DNA of 63,606 nt, the filler included, from Circinaria calcarea (lineage: Eukaryota): assembly GCA_051942165.1 (NCBI GenBank). It is 14 parts of 14 records of this genome, joined end to end, with 100 filler letters (N's around TTAATTAATTAA, not from the genome) between each part and the next. Parts side by side here need not be neighbours in the genome. Positions count along the whole stretch, not along the records: positions 1 to 4,463 come from JAVECS010002317.1; positions 4,564 to 9,025 come from JAVECS010002318.1; positions 9,126 to 13,585 come from JAVECS010002319.1; 11 more parts are not named here. One strand, written 5' to 3'. Position 1 is the first letter of the stretch. Each line of letters opens with the position of its first letter. The translations under genes were made by a program, and so were the position numbers. Shown one piece after another: positions 1 to 13,585 of this stretch. The notes under the pieces are model-generated. The model was not told the DNA's origin and ran no database searches. It was given only the letters and a program-made list of their open reading frames with translations.

Positions 1-728
1 ATCAAAGCTATCGAGCTTCAGCGCGATAACATGAAAGCGTACTTTTATCTTGCCAAAGCCCAGCTCGCCTTACATCATCCTAATGAAGCTTTGACATCTG
101 CCTTGACCGCCTACGATTTTGCGATACAAACCCACAACGCAAGCGCATCTAGTATATCTACCATTGTCCTACAGGCGAAGAAAGAGAAATGGGAGATGCG
201 GGAGCGGGAACGGATCAGAAGGAGAAGCGAGTTGCTTCAGGAGTTAGAGGATAGCCTGTTGAGCAATAGTCGAAATGAGGTACGTGCGCTCGAGGAACAG
301 ATTGAGAAACACGGTATCGATCAAGTGGAAGGTCTGGAAGAGAAGGCGGAGATAGAGTTAGCTACTAGACGAAAAGTCGAAGAAATACGGAGTATCTTTG
401 CTATAGCGGATCCAGAACATTTACGACGACGGGTAAGGTTATCGACATTTAAATCGTGCCGATATTTCCAGAGGTCTCTAACAATCTCGTGTAGGAAGTA
501 CCCGACTATTTAATTGATAATATATCTTTTGCCATCATGCACGACCCGGTAGTGACGAAAAACGGTCAGTCTTACGATAGATCTACCATACTCGAACATC
601 TCCGACGATCAGAAACGGATCCTCTGACGCGTGAGCCTCTTAAACCCGAGGAGCTGAGACCCAATCTTGCCCTCAAACAAGCCTGCACCGAGTTTCTCGA
701 GGAAAACGGATGGGCGGTTGATTGGTGA
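1..728 (+). CDS. STUB1: CHIP/STUB1-like TPR + U-box E3 ubiquitin ligase, 5'-truncated
   Basis: TPR-like helices (KAYFYLAKAQLALHHPNEAL), coiled region, intron 433-494 (GTAAGG...CTAAC...TAG), then U-box EVPDYLIDNISFAIMHDPVVTKNGQSYDRSTILEHLRRSETDPLTREPL; stop TGA 726-728. Confidence 0.9.
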
Positions 729-1010
729 TGCCGATTGGTGGTTGTCCGCATTTGTGTGGTTACACAACATATCGCTTGGGAAAATATGTCGCACCTCGAC
801 CAGGACGATGCAGCTACAGAGCGTGTGCCACTTGTTCGTCCAATGATAACTATCCACCTCTTCGATCCAGACATGGATCCTCATCCTTGGAGCTTGTGGC
901 ACAGAGTAGGACTTTGTCAGCTGGTTTTTTCGTTCTTAAGTGCTGCTCTCGCTCTCTTGTATCCAGAATATTGAAACCCACGTGAACCTGGGCTATTGCC
1001 CAGAATCAAT

Positions 1011-3577
1011 ATGGATATTGCTGCGTCCGTAGTCGCTTTCGTCGGCATTGCTGGGCAACTTTTACAGGGCGTTTGCACTGTTTATACTTTTCTAAGTGAT
1101 GTTCAGGATGCGCCAGAAGAAATCCAGCAATTAAATGCCGAGCTGAACCTTTTGAGGATGATTCTTGAGAACATGATCACTTATCCGCAGGGTATCTGTG
1201 GATCCAAGGAAGCGTTTGACAGTGTCGGGTTGGCTATGGAGATGGTACAAAGTCAGGTCAAAAAGTTGAAAGAATTAGTTGAGAAATACAACATTAAAGG
1301 TGTAGGTCGGCGAAAGCTAGTCTGGAGTAATATCAATATAGCCTTTCGGAAGAAGAAGTTTGCGAAGTACATTTCGAACTTAGACCGCGCAAGGAAGCTG
1401 CTCGAGATGGCTCGATCCTCGGTTGAATCGTAAGCACGAAGACTTATTTGTTGCTGTAAGGAGCAGTCAACTGATGAACTGTTTGCAGCCGTACGCGTAC
1501 TCAACAAACTGAATTATTACATACTATACATCGAGATGTTTCCTTCCTTCGCGATTCGCACCAGGCTGCCGCCGCAATTGTGGTTCAGTCATCTATTGCT
1601 GGTCAGGAAGGGATGGATGAAGCTAAAGTCAAGAATGCAGCCTCCGTGGTCATCACAGAAGGCAATGTATCGATGCATGGTAATGGAGGGGATTCAAGAG
1701 AACAAGTTGCAGCCAATGCTACCCAGACAATGTTGTCCAATCTTGATACTCCAGGAAGTGCCCCACCGCCGTGGCTCACAGAACATGCAATGCGAAAACT
1801 TATGGTGCGAATACTCAAGGAGAACCAACAAATCTTCTCCAAAATTGAGGATTCCCATAGGGACTCTGACGTTCCGGAGATGACTTCAAGCAAAACGGGT
1901 TTACATCCACACCGACAGACTATTCCTAATGGTTTCGGCGAAGTCGTACACTTTACAAAGATCAATGACAAAGTGGCTCCAACAGTGTATCATAGTCCTT
2001 GGGTTGGTACGGTTAGGGTTATACGTAAATCAACTGTGAAAAAAGTATGGGATACTAAAGATAAGGTTTTCGAGACTCAGCATCAGATATGGCAGACATA
2101 TATACATTTGAAACCCGCCTCCTGGCTATCACAACTCGGTGTGGACTTGACAATTCAAACCACGCAAGCCGTGTATGGATCTACTAAAATTGAAAGCGCA
2201 ATAGAGCCTGTACGGTACGTTGATATACCACCAGCAGCACGCTACGCTTTACATCGAGGTGATATTGCCACTGTGCAACATATGCTGTCAGCTGGAGAGA
2301 TATCTCTTCGTGATAGGGACATTCGCACTGGTGACAACCTGTTCAGGATAGGCTTACATCATTTCGGAGAGTTTTGGTATACCGACGAGCAGAAGAAGCT
2401 CTTGCCTTCCCACTTGGATATCGTCAGCATTTCCCTCTGGCTTCTCTCCCAAGGACTGAAGACGGATATACAGAGTGACGATTCCATAATTTCTGACTGG
2501 AAATTCACGGAAGCAATGCGCGAGCATGGCGGGGACGTCTATGTTAATGTAAGCAATATGGAACGCCTTTTACTTGAAATAACAGAGGCTGAGTCTCCTA
2601 TCATGCGAGCCAAGAAACTTTTGATATTCGCGATAGTAAATCCAGACCATTCACGGCATTTGGAGTCAATTATAAAGGATCTGCTAGAGGAAACCCCGAC
2701 GGTAAAAGAAGTGGCACTGTTGCAAAGTACCGAACGCAAGCTATGGGAGAATGGAGATCTTCTGAACCTTGGTATCGAATGCATGGTTCTCAACAGCTAT
2801 TTCACGCTTAAAGGAGAGGCTCACTACACCAACAACAAGGATGCTAATAAAGCTGCTGTCGAGGAAGCTTTAAAGGGACCACGACGAATTCTGTTAGACC
2901 AGCTCACAAGAAAATCCTACAATCCTGGTCTTTATAACTGTTACAAGGAACATACCGCAGATCAGCTCCATCTGCTCAATCTATTTAGCAAATTCATCTC
3001 GATCTTAGATGATGATGGTTTTGTTGACCATGCAACGAGCTTTGCTTGCCTTCAGCACAGTCTCCATCTTTGGCGCTACATTCTACAAAGCATTCGCTAT
3101 CCTGTGATGGATTGTCTAAATAGACATCTCTCAACTGAGCCACAATTGCATCCACCCCTACGGATCCTTCTAGGACCAAGCAACGATTCACGTGCGTCTA
3201 TGATGCTCGTAGCGAGAGATCCCCATGCTATCGGAGACGAAGAAACTGGTGACGTCTGGGACTCCATCGAGTCATACGATGAATGCACGTACGATTCTCA
3301 TCAATCTACCGGAGTACCAGATATCTGTTTCGTACGTAAAGAGGGCACCGAGCTTCATTTTGATTGTGCTGTTATGGATCCTCGGTTTGATTGTGCAGGT
3401 CATTGGGAAGCTGAACGACGTTACTGGTCTGAATTCAATGAAGCTGATCGTCGGTACACGCACAAAGAATTCAAAGAAGCGGAAGCCGAGGCCGTGGAGC
3501 CTCCGCCGATGTCAACCCCTGGTATCTTGTCCCGCCTTGTCTCTGAAGGAGCTTCAATCATTACCAGCATTGTGTGA
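1011..3577 (+). CDS. Fungal HeLo-like (STAND N-terminal-type) domain protein with a degenerate ankyrin-like central segment; no NACHT visible
   Basis: N-terminus MDIAASVVAFVGIAGQLLQ...DVQDAPEEIQQLNAEL is typical of HeLo-like domains. Intron 1430-1488 (GTAAGC...CTGAT...CAG) joins it in frame to ORF 1580-3577. ALHRGDIATVQHMLSAGEISLRDRD is ankyrin-like. Confidence 0.7.
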
Positions 3578-4368
3578 GGACACGGAGCGCCAGGAGCTAT
3601 ACCTATGCACGAGGCAGGGACCCAATATCCGGTACTTGAAGTCACTGTGTACATGTTCTGGATGAGAAGGCATTGGAGATGGCTTAAGAGAGAACGCTGC
3701 ATAATGGCGGTTGCTAACTAGATATGGCGTACCTACGAATACACCGTGGAATATTTCCGGTCGTCGTGGCTGCTGGTAGATTGTAGTACAGGGGTTAGAT
3801 TATTGTCTATTAATGATGGTCTTCTCCAAGGCGGGCTTATCGCATTTCGGAAGCTTACTGTCTTGGAGCTAAATATTTGGAGCTTGGTATGAAGGGTCTT
3901 ACCTAATGACGCTATGGCTGCATGAAAACGGCGTCTTTGGGTATCTGACTAGGGTTCACACGGGGGGCGCTGGGTGGTTGCAGTGTTTTCATACTCTTTA
4001 CAGAGTCCACAGGCAGATGTTTCGGAGGCCAGGGTAGTTAAAGTCTATTGCCTTACGGAAGCGGAGGCGACCAGTCAGTCTGAACATTTCGGGGAAAAGG
4101 GACGTTGGCAACCCTTAGGGTCTCTCTTTTTTACCCCTATCTCACATACCGTATCATTCTTTATTCCAATCGAGCTCGGCTTTTCCGGATTTTCATAAAA
4201 CCCAAAAAATGGCGGGTCGGTACTTTTCATTACCAACGGCGTACTCCCCCCTTTAGCATACCATAGCGCTGTCAAGGGTATTACCATTATATAGCACGCT
4301 ATGCTACGCAGTATTCTAACAGCCGTGTGTGTATACTATATCAAATGTATTGTCCATCCCCGTTAGCC

Positions 4369-4396
4369 CCATCCATCCATCCATCCATCCATCCAT
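4369..4396. repeat. (CCAT)7 microsatellite
   Basis: Seven perfect CCAT units near the contig end. Confidence 0.9.
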
Positions 4397-4463
4397 TCCT
4401 ACAATACAACTAGAGGATGGGGGCCCAACATCCAACAGCTACTAATTGGAAATACCCCTTAAC

Positions 4464-4563
4464 NNNNNNNNNNNNNNNNNNNNNNNNNNNNNNNNNNNNN
4501 NNNNNNNTTAATTAATTAANNNNNNNNNNNNNNNNNNNNNNNNNNNNNNNNNNNNNNNNNNNN
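4464..4563. other. Artificial contig linker N44-TTAATTAATTAA-N44 (first of 13)
   Basis: Identical 100-bp linkers start at 4464, 9026, 13586, 18146, 22701, 27255, 31806, 36357, 40907, 45455, 49996, 54534 and 59072. The core gives stops in all six frames. Intervening contig lengths never increase, running from about 4463 to 4435 bp. Confidence 0.98.
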
Positions 4564-7287
4564 TAGCTTTCGAGCGAAAATGCCACTCTTTTGGAGGGCC
4601 ATCTGGATAGCGTCGATTCGCTTTTCGCATCCGGAAAGCGTGATATTACGTGGACTGTTGATACATCCGACAGTTACAAGATCGCCGAAAGATTGTGATT
4701 GATCGAGATATAATTTAATCTCAATATCAGACAAGCCAACAGCTAACATGGCACCAGCTTTTCGCGGAGGTTCTTTTAGAGAAGTAGTCACCACTCCACG
4801 GTAATAGGCTATTTGCCAAGCTGATTCACGAGACAGAGCACCAACACAATAAGCAGCAGCAATTTCCCCAGACGAATGCCCAATCACTGTTGCCGGATAA
4901 ACCCCCCAGCTTGTTAGAAGTTCGATTAGGGCGATTTGGAGGGCGGTACATATCGGTTGGCTATAGGTAGGGTCGCTGAGGTTCGAAAAGGTTTTAGACG
5001 CCAGAATTTCATCTAAATTCGATTAGTGAAGAATCGTTGCCACTATTGGAAAGACATACTAGTCATGTTCCATGTGCAGCCCAAACGCCGTAAGAAGAAA
5101 TCTGCTGCTTGAAGACTTTGTCTAAAGACTGGGAAGTCAAGAAGCTCTCGGCCCATGGCAGGCCATTGTGCACCTTGGCCAGTGAAGATGAAGCTTAGCC
5201 GGGGTGTGTTGGCGATACGAGTCGGCTTTGACAGATTATTCACTAGAGTCGATAAAACCCCCCCACTGACTGAGCTGGACAAAGCGAAGGACCGCCATAG
5301 CATGTGACTACGTTTTTCAGAGAGAGTAAAAGCAAGGTCGTCGAGAAAGTACTCTTCATCCGGTGCAAAAATATTATATGCAAGGTATTTCTGGTAGCTG
5401 GAGGCTATCCGCGTTAAACCACTCTCCTCGGAAGAAGACCACACAAGAAGCCTAGACCGCAGCTGAGGTCCTGGATTAGCTTCTAGGACAGGAAACTCGT
5501 CTATTGCAACTTTTGAACCGATGGATGTTGTTGGGGATTGAAAAGACGTGGGCGGAGCCTTTTCGGAACAATGCTTTCCATGGAGATTTCTGAGCCGTAG
5601 ATAGTTGTAAGCATCATCTAACACTGCATGTGCATTGGCTCCTCCAAAGCCGAATGAGCTTACAGAGGCCCTTCGTAGGCCTGCCGTAGGCCAAGGAGTG
5701 GGTTCAAGGGGGAACTAGTAGCCGTGTTAGTTAGCACATCATTAGATATGGCATACCCGATCTTACTTTGATATTCCAGTCTTCCAACGGGATCTTCTCG
5801 TTTGGACGCTCAAATAGTGCATTCGGGGGGATGACAGCCTTCTCTAAGACAAGGACAGTCTTGATCAAACCCGCTAAGCCGCTTGCCCCTTCCAAGTGGC
5901 CGATATTACTCTTCAGAGCACCGACATAGAGTGGATGTTTATTTTGTCCAAATGCTGCATTGATTGCGCTTGCCTCAACAAAATCCCCTAGCGGTGTGCC
6001 CGTGCCATGAGCTTCGAAGAACCTGGTTTCGCTGAGATCCAAGCCACCATTTTGATAAGTTTGGCGGATCATATCTTCTTGAGCCTTACTACTGGGCTGC
6101 GTAATACCCGGTGTACGTCCATCTTGATTGGCACCAGTAGCTCGAATAACAGCACGGATAGTATCACCGTTCTTCAAAGCTAGGGAAAGGGGCTTCACAA
6201 CAACCATGCCAAACCCTTCTCCGCGAGAATAACCGTTGGCGCGGTGATCGAAGCTGTATGATTTTCCATCCGGAGAAAGGAAGTTCAAATCCGTCATCGA
6301 TGTGAAGACATCCGGGTTAAAAAACAGGTTACAACCCCCGACCAGCCCCTGCCACATAATCAGTAAACGAGGGGACGCAGCCATCGTGATATAGAGCCGA
6401 GAGTTATCACCTACCATGGTAGCTTCTCCATTATGAATGCTTTGACAGGCGAGATGGAGCGCATTCAGGCTGCTCGAACATGCAGTATCGAGGGATATAC
6501 TTGGACCGGTTAGATTGTAGAACCAACTAAGTCGATTTGCCAGCATAGCTGCTCCATTCCCGGTTGTTTTATATTTCGCGTGCATCTCAGGATCCCTCGA
6601 CAGCATTATTTCGTAATCGTGCATAAAGCAGCCTATATGCACAGACGTTCTGGTGCCGCTTGCTCGCTCGATGGAAATACCAGCTGTGGATCAGCTGTAT
6701 CAGTTTCTGGACGAGCTGCCATTATCCAATTAAAGGGGCTTACCATTCTCGAGAGCTTCATACGCAATCTCCAGGAGCCATCTTTGCTGCGGATCCACAC
6801 ATTCCGCCTCTTCGGGCGTCATAGAGAAGAATGGCGCATCAAAGCCCGCAATATCTTCCTTGATGAAATGGGCCCCTTTAACATTGAGCTAGTATTCTTA
6901 GTCAGTATTCAACGTCGTGGATCTTATATGAGGCGGAAGATAGTATCATACCACACCTGTCTCATGCTCGCCTTCGCGATAAAATGCGTCAATGTTAAAA
7001 CGGTCAGACGGAACATCAGTCATAGCAGATCGCTTTTCCATAAGCATTTGCCAGAACGATTGTGGAGACGTGGCTTCCTGAGGAAATCTCAGAGCCAATC
7101 CAACTACCGCAATGGGCTCAAGCTTGTCCGGTTCGACAACATGGCTGAAAGTCTGTGTAAGCTCAGCGTGACCATTCATATAACCGTTAGTGTATCCTTC
7201 CATTTCTCCATTGGCCTTGTCATTGAGACAACGACCAGCGGGGACAGTCATTCGCGTGTTAGGAATGCTATTGTGATAATCTCGCAT
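4564..7287 (-). CDS. Iterative type I polyketide synthase, highly reducing type; KS and AT domains only, 3'-truncated
   Basis: [16 protein letters not shown] start of KS; DTACSSS, EAHGTGT and [14 protein letters not shown] motifs; AT motifs [10 protein letters not shown] and [11 protein letters not shown]; several GT-AG introns; no N-terminal SAT domain. Confidence 0.95.
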
Positions 7288-8678
7288 TTTAGCAACGCCT
7301 AAGAATTCATATCCAGATCGAGGGCTTCTATCAGTAGATTCATGAACGATACTCGTTTAAGAAAAGGCAATTCACTTAACGGTGAGCATAGTACAAGAGA
7401 AGATATAAGAATTGATATGCTAAGCTGTCAACAGATATCGAGGAAGCACAGGTACCACCCACGGACATGGGGGAAAATGTAATCTCACGACGGGAGGTAC
7501 TTAGAAGGGTCTGCCGAGTTATCACCGCGGCATATGAAGATCCATAGATAATGCATGTCCCACGCCGTCTTCCGGCGATCAGGATGATGGCGGCCGCGAA
7601 ACCGAGTGACTGGAGGGCGAAAGCCCAATAGTATCTGCCCGCATCGGAGTGGGAACTCCATAGCTCGGATTTACCCTTGTTTGTAGGGTATGTTGCATGG
7701 CCTTTTGTTTGTTTCGTTTCATGACCTTTGGCTCAGCCCTGAGAGCTTCCTTGTAGTCCGAAATAAAGGGCCTTGTGCCACCATCATTGGTCGATCCGAT
7801 ATGGTGTGTAGAGAGGCCATACACTGGAGAGGGAGCTGAGGATGGCGTCGTAAGACTTTTTCAGCCTTATTTTGGTGGACAGCGGTTGCGGAACCGGGTG
7901 CTAGCGGACGACGGGATTACGTACGAGAAATAGCGCCCACGTATATAAAGTAAAAAACGGTTGGGCATTCATCTCGGCACTACCACTAGAGTCGCAGTCA
8001 TGTTGGAAGTTCAAAAGCCCATGCATGCAGCTCAGCCAAAAACTACTGGAGAGACCCTAGGGCTCCAAGAGGTGTGCTTTCGATAGGCTCCCCGACTCCT
8101 GCAGGCCATATGGGCAAGCAGCACTGCCTACTAAGTTGCGTACTTCCTAGCAATATTCTATCCCCCCGTCCGGAGTCCCACTTTCCTATCCTTGGCATCC
8201 CCTTGCGATCGCCATCATGTCAGAACAGGTTACACCAGATATCTCCGCTACTGCACTTGTAGATGCGCATGCAACCAACGGCGTGTTTCCCAATCGGTAA
8301 TAGTAGGCCCATTGGCGACGCGTTCGCTAGCTTCCTTGGGCGCGGAACCCCGTTCTCATCCAACATCAGGAGCATAACCTACGCGGAATTTCCTCGACCG
8401 TTTTTACCGTAATCCTTGGCGGTTGAGGCGGTGACTGTGTGCTAGAGGTTAACCATATCGTGGATATTTAGTTCGGGGAAAACGATGTGGGGCCGGATAG
8501 ACCGACGGGGGTCCACATTGTAAAAGTATGGCGAGTTGGAGACACGTATTGTAAGGATGGTATTCGGGAACTGGGTCCAAACCGCCAGAGATCTCCCCCT
8601 TTCTTTGCGAACAGCGTGGCGCACTGCTATGCCTGTCCACAGATCCGGGCTAACCACATGTCTCTCCATACATGATCC

Positions 8679-9025
8679 TCATTTCAGAGCTACCTTTCCC
8701 CCGCTGACCCACCATACTGCCCCTACCGCCACCAACACGGCGCCTGCCGCCCCCAGAACCTTTCCCAACACAACAGCCAGGCGGATCCAGATCGCCCACC
8801 AGTGAAGATCGGCGGTGTTGGAGCCTTGATTGACTTTAGGATACGGGCCGTCTGGAATATCCTTGCTCAGGAATGTACACAGTGGAGCCCAGCCGTCCTC
8901 GGCGCGGAATTCAAGCAGGTTCGATGCTGGCACGATAGAGCGGATATGTTCGCAGTGTTCGAGGTAGCCCTGTCGTAGTTTAATGCGATTGTAGGGCTCC
9001 CCATGTGTCCAGAAACAGAGTACAA
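8679..9025 (-). CDS. Sulfotransferase-like (Sulfotransfer_4-type P-loop) protein, C-terminal part
   Basis: Frame open from the contig end: YLEHCEHIRSIVPASNLLEFRAEDGWAPLCTFLSKDIPDGPYPKVN matches the family pattern H..VP..LLEF...GW.PLC.FL....P..P.P..N, followed by a hydrophobic tail. Confidence 0.75.
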
Positions 9026-9125
9026 NNNNNNNNNNNNNNNNNNNNNNNNNNNNNNNNNNNNNNNNNNNNTTAATTAATTAANNNNNNNNNNNNNNNNNNN
9101 NNNNNNNNNNNNNNNNNNNNNNNNN

Positions 9126-10193
9126 CCTCTTTGGGGATCGAATAGATAATGTGAAAACTTCAGGTCCATCGGTCGCTGGATCAGCGTCTCCGTCCCTGAT
9201 GAACTCAAGGTGATCGAGTAGGTTATCAGTCTGCTCATCTGAAAGTATATCACAGAAGCTTTCCAACCCGAAAAGCATTTGTGGTGTATAGCCAATCAAT
9301 TTTTCAGAATTTTCGCTGACGACCCTGACTATTAATTTACCTTCCGCCTCTTCGTGTAAGGCAATAAGGAGGCCGAATCCTTGTACTGCCCCGGGTATGT
9401 GAATTGGCTCGTCTTCGCATCTTTGTAGAGTGTCACCATCTCTCCCAGTGATAACGGCATGACCTCCTTCAGTTACAACATGCTTGAACCTTGCCGTAAT
9501 GATACCACCTGTGTCCTCTGCTGTACTTCTGATTGAGGGTGCACCACTCCTCAATGGTATAGCCTCGCTAGTGCTAGCTCGACTTTCGGACCTAGCAGTG
9601 GCATTGTCGCTAGCTGAGTTCATCTGTTTCGAGCAGCTGTTCCGTTCTTCGTCGTTGATCACCTGTCCAGACCCCCTCCGGACGTTGGTTGTGGCTATTT
9701 CATCATTCGAAGTCCCAGGCTCCTTTGGAAAGGCTTCTGCCGGGTGAGCTGGTCGAGGTTTGGAAGATATATCTATAGCGAAGATATCGGAGGCTATATC
9801 AGAAGACGTACTAGCCACCGAGGAGCGCCGAAGGCCCTCCCGCTGCTTGAGGATATTACTTGGCCCGTTTGAAGCCACCATCCCTGAATACCCGTCTCCG
9901 CCACCCTCGCATTTGCTGTAATGAGTCGGTGAAGGGTCAACAGAGACGACGGATCGTATTGGGAAGACCCTGTCTGTCGCTCCTGGACTTAACTGGTCGA
10001 ATGGTGAATCGGAGTTTACGGGTACTGGAAAGGCCAGGGGCAGGTTCGTTTGCAAGGAAACATTGAACGCCTTCCCTTCCATCTCTGGGTTCCAAAGCCC
10101 CGATCGAGGTGCGGGGGTTAGTTGGGTTTGTTCCGAAATCGCTCGACGGTGTGAAGGGGATTGTGGTTGAGCACCTTCAGCCGACTGATCCAT
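9126..10193 (-). CDS. fphA: Fungal phytochrome (N-terminal extension + PAS), 3'-truncated
   Basis: Long S/P-rich extension then ARFKHVVTEGGHAVITGRDGDTLQRCEDEPIHIPGAVQGFGLLIAL, containing the bilin-binding Cys, and VRVVSENS. Confidence 0.93.
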
Positions 10194-11357
10194 CTTTACA
10201 TGCTTTTAAACTGAGTTCGTACCACTCAAGCCAGATACCGCCCTCCTTTGTCTGGCGAGTGAAAGGTCCGCCGTTTATTTGGTTGAACGTGGTGCTAGCG
10301 GGTGCCTTTGGTGGAAGCTGATTGACCTAGTGAGACCCGTTAACATAGAGCGGCGGGAATCTCGAGGGGTGGATAAATAGTACAGTTCATGTTACTCCCC
10401 GAATGGACGTGAGCGTCTTTGTCGTGGCAGACCGGTAATAGAGTAGGGACCGGCCAAGGAGGACAAAGGCGGGCATCAGGTTTTCGGAGTGGGACTGGCA
10501 AGGAGCGAAATGACTGCCAATCTTCAAAGACACCGGATTGTTAATTTTTACTCCATCCACTCCTCAATTGCTCCAACATCTCGGTCCCAGGGTTCGGACA
10601 AAAGTCGCCACCACAATCAATTCCCTGCAGCTCGAAAGTGTGGCGCTTTGGTCTTGGACCTGCTTATGTAACAGAGTGCTATGGTTTCAATTATCCGTGA
10701 CGTCATTTGACAGCGAGCTTACAAGTCAACAATGAGTATTCCAAGGCGTCTCTACAATCCTACCTTACCTGTAGAGACTGCCTATCTTTGGATCGCGCAA
10801 GGGAGTTCTGGTCGGGAAGGGAAGCTTAGGAGGCCATCACTAGATTCGCATCCTGAAGATAAGCTTTCTGCAAGCCAACGCCATCACTGTCATGTGGCGT
10901 GTGTGGATGATGGTGACAATCCCAAACGCAATGCTATTGTTTACCATATTACGCCACAAGCAGATTCAGGGGATATATCGGCTAAACGCAGCTCGCGACG
11001 TATTAAACCTACTTGATGCTCACGAATCCTAAAGCCCTATCAGATCACTGGGGCCTAAGCTGCCATCAAGCTTGAATGTATCTGCTAGAGACTCAAATGA
11101 CCCTCTTCCTCGCTTTGTCATTTTGTGATTCCCCAATTCTCTTGCAGACTGCCACCCATCAGACCAACTTGCCTTCTTTGTAAAGCAAAATAATGCCTTT
11201 ATTAGGAGCACCGTTAAATTCCTGTGAGCGGTGGTCTGAGCAGCCTGACACTTTCGCTTTCATGGACTGGCGCATTCAATTGTTCCAGATACTCACGATT
11301 TATTTTCGGTATTTCTCTCCGACTGCTCTAATCATCAGGATGCTTCAGGCTCCGTAT

Positions 11358-12308
11358 CTAACTCATCAGGGTAAATCGATCTATCACTCGGCCAGAATGA
11401 CTTGTCGAACAATCCTGTTTACCATCCAGTGACTTTGCTCTCTTCTTCGACTTGTCTCTCTCCTTCTTCTTCACCTTCTTCTCCCTGTTGCGGCGTGTTC
11501 GCTTTTCGCGATTGGCTGCCTGCTTCTTCTGCTGACTCAAGGTAGCCTGGGTCCGCTGCGATTGGATTAAGGCCATCTTCTTACGAGTAGCAATTCTTTT
11601 CTTCTTTCCAGCTCTTTTCCCACCACCTGATCCTTTAGCGGTGGAAAGATTCTGCTTCCAAGCAACAGGAGCCCCGGTAGTCCGCCATGTAATCACACGC
11701 CAGGGAAGTTCATTACCTCGCTATAGTATAATCAGTCAACGGACCCTAATGGGAATCAAAATTCCTGTACCCAACGTCGTTGAAGCTCAGCAAGTACATC
11801 CTGTCCACAAACGGCCGAGGCATGAAATCGCTCCATGGTGACCCTATCGGCTTCGCCTGTAAAGTAGTACGAGTCTGGTCTCCGTGGATGTATAAAACCG
11901 GGCTCTCCCACTGGCGGGGAAGGGGATCTGATATCAATCCTCGAAGGCGTATTGCCGTTATTGGCCGAACCAGAAGGTTTCGATGCGGACCTTGAGAACA
12001 GACGAAAGGCAAAAATTTCTACTCCTTCCTGCCCCCTCTCTCCTTCATCACCGGGATCAGTCTCATTCGTAGCTCGCTCGAGACCCTCGTCGAACGTGAC
12101 ATCTACAGCCGACGATAAGTAGTCCTGCCTATATCGCTCTTGCAGACTCTCCTCAACAGCACGATCATCCTCATGTAACTCCGAGGATTCTGATCCCGGA
12201 TAGAGTTCGGCTCGACTGACCCTATAGAAGCCCCTTGGTTTAGTGCACTGAGACAGTCTGATGCTAGCGGTGAGACGCATACGATCTTATATCGGCACCT
12301 TCTTCCAT
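11358..12308 (-). CDS. DUF2011-like conserved fungal basic protein
   Basis: Two GT-AG introns. Motifs FAFRLFS, IRSPSP, RRPDSYYF, LPWRVI, GKKKRIA and EKRTRRNREKKVKKK. The start codon is inferred. Confidence 0.7.
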
Positions 12309-12606
12309 TTCGCAGTATCAATGTGCCTGAGTGCTCCTCCGATAGGCGGCCTCCCCTGAATTATCTATTACCCGTCCCGCATAGTCATGTTAGTAGAGTA
12401 ATATGGCACAAAACGTTCCCACCATGGAAGACAGTATTACCGTCCTCTGCACTCGATTGGGAGAAAATAGTAATTCAATGGCGGATTTCCATCGTATATG
12501 GTTTGATGGTCACTCTAACTACGGCTTTCGAGAGATACCGCTAACACAGAAATAGGGTATCTATCAAGGCTACATAGATCACATTTTCATGTCATAACCC
12601 AGGGCC

Positions 12607-13585
12607 TCAGCCAGCAGTACTCGGCCTCGCTAGACCAAGGTTGTCCTTTCCCGACCCTTTTACTCGTTTGACTCGAAAGACCTGCTTTAATTTCTTCAGC
12701 TTTGCCCATCGTTCTTTGTCTTTCGCATCCCTCGCCTCTCGATTTCCCGGCTCTGCATTTGTAGTGGCAATACTGCCAATCTCGTTTGGTCTCTCGTCTT
12801 GCGCTAATGTACTTAAGGTAGATGGAGACGATGCCCTTTGCCGCTGAGCTCGATGCGCATTCCGTAGCACCTGTGAGAGTATCTCCCAACCAGTGAGTTT
12901 CTGTGTTACGCCATTGCCATCCGTTGATTGTGTACTGCCACTCTGAGATGTAGCGTTTACCCATGGACAGTAATCCCGGTGTTCACCCGATACATCAAGG
13001 CTACTCATGACGGCCTCTTCGTCATCTGCGCCGTCATTATGGCTCGGCTTAGATTTGAAAAGCCATAGACCCAATCGGCGAAAGCAAGCATTACAGGTTG
13101 CAAGACCAGAGATATGGTCGGTCTCCGCTTGCCAGCCGAAAAGGGCTAGAGTTAGAGCTTGGGTATTAATAGGATTGTAAGACTGGACATCTACGCCAGC
13201 GGCAGAGGGTTCCGGGAGAGTTGACAAAACCTGTTCGGAGACGAGTTCGAGGTCGAAGTTCTTCGGCGCCGAGATGGAAGTTGGTAACTCTGGTGCAATG
13301 CTAGCCAAAGAATTGTATCGTTGGTGTAGCTCCTTGAGAGAAGTGGGCGGGTGCGTTAGTGGTAGGCGGTAAATGGTCGCTAAGGGATCAGAATAGTCTT
13401 GCAATGAATGAGTCTACTTGACGTGAAGCTTACCATCGCAACCCCGTACTCGCCATAAGCAGCCTTCTTCGTGCTCCGTGGTAATCATCTCTGCATACTT
13501 TTCCACGAGTTGCTCTTGCGCAGCCGCTCTCCAATCGTCCCCTTCAGACTCATCGTAGTCTGCATTTCCCTCGCCACTATCAATT
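12607..13585 (-). CDS. rsm1: C3HC zinc finger / Rsm1-like (NIPA-like) protein, 5'-truncated
   Basis: HEEGCLWRVRGCD end of zf-C3HC, an intron near 13380-13433, then LALFGW...CNACFRRLGLWLF...EHRDYCPW. Confidence 0.85.

Noticed and set aside
6580..7302. 240-aa plus-strand ORF and similar long antisense or alternate-frame ORFs (26646-27254, 38176-38853, 44744-45439)
   Set aside because: Shadows of well-supported genes on the other strand or frame.
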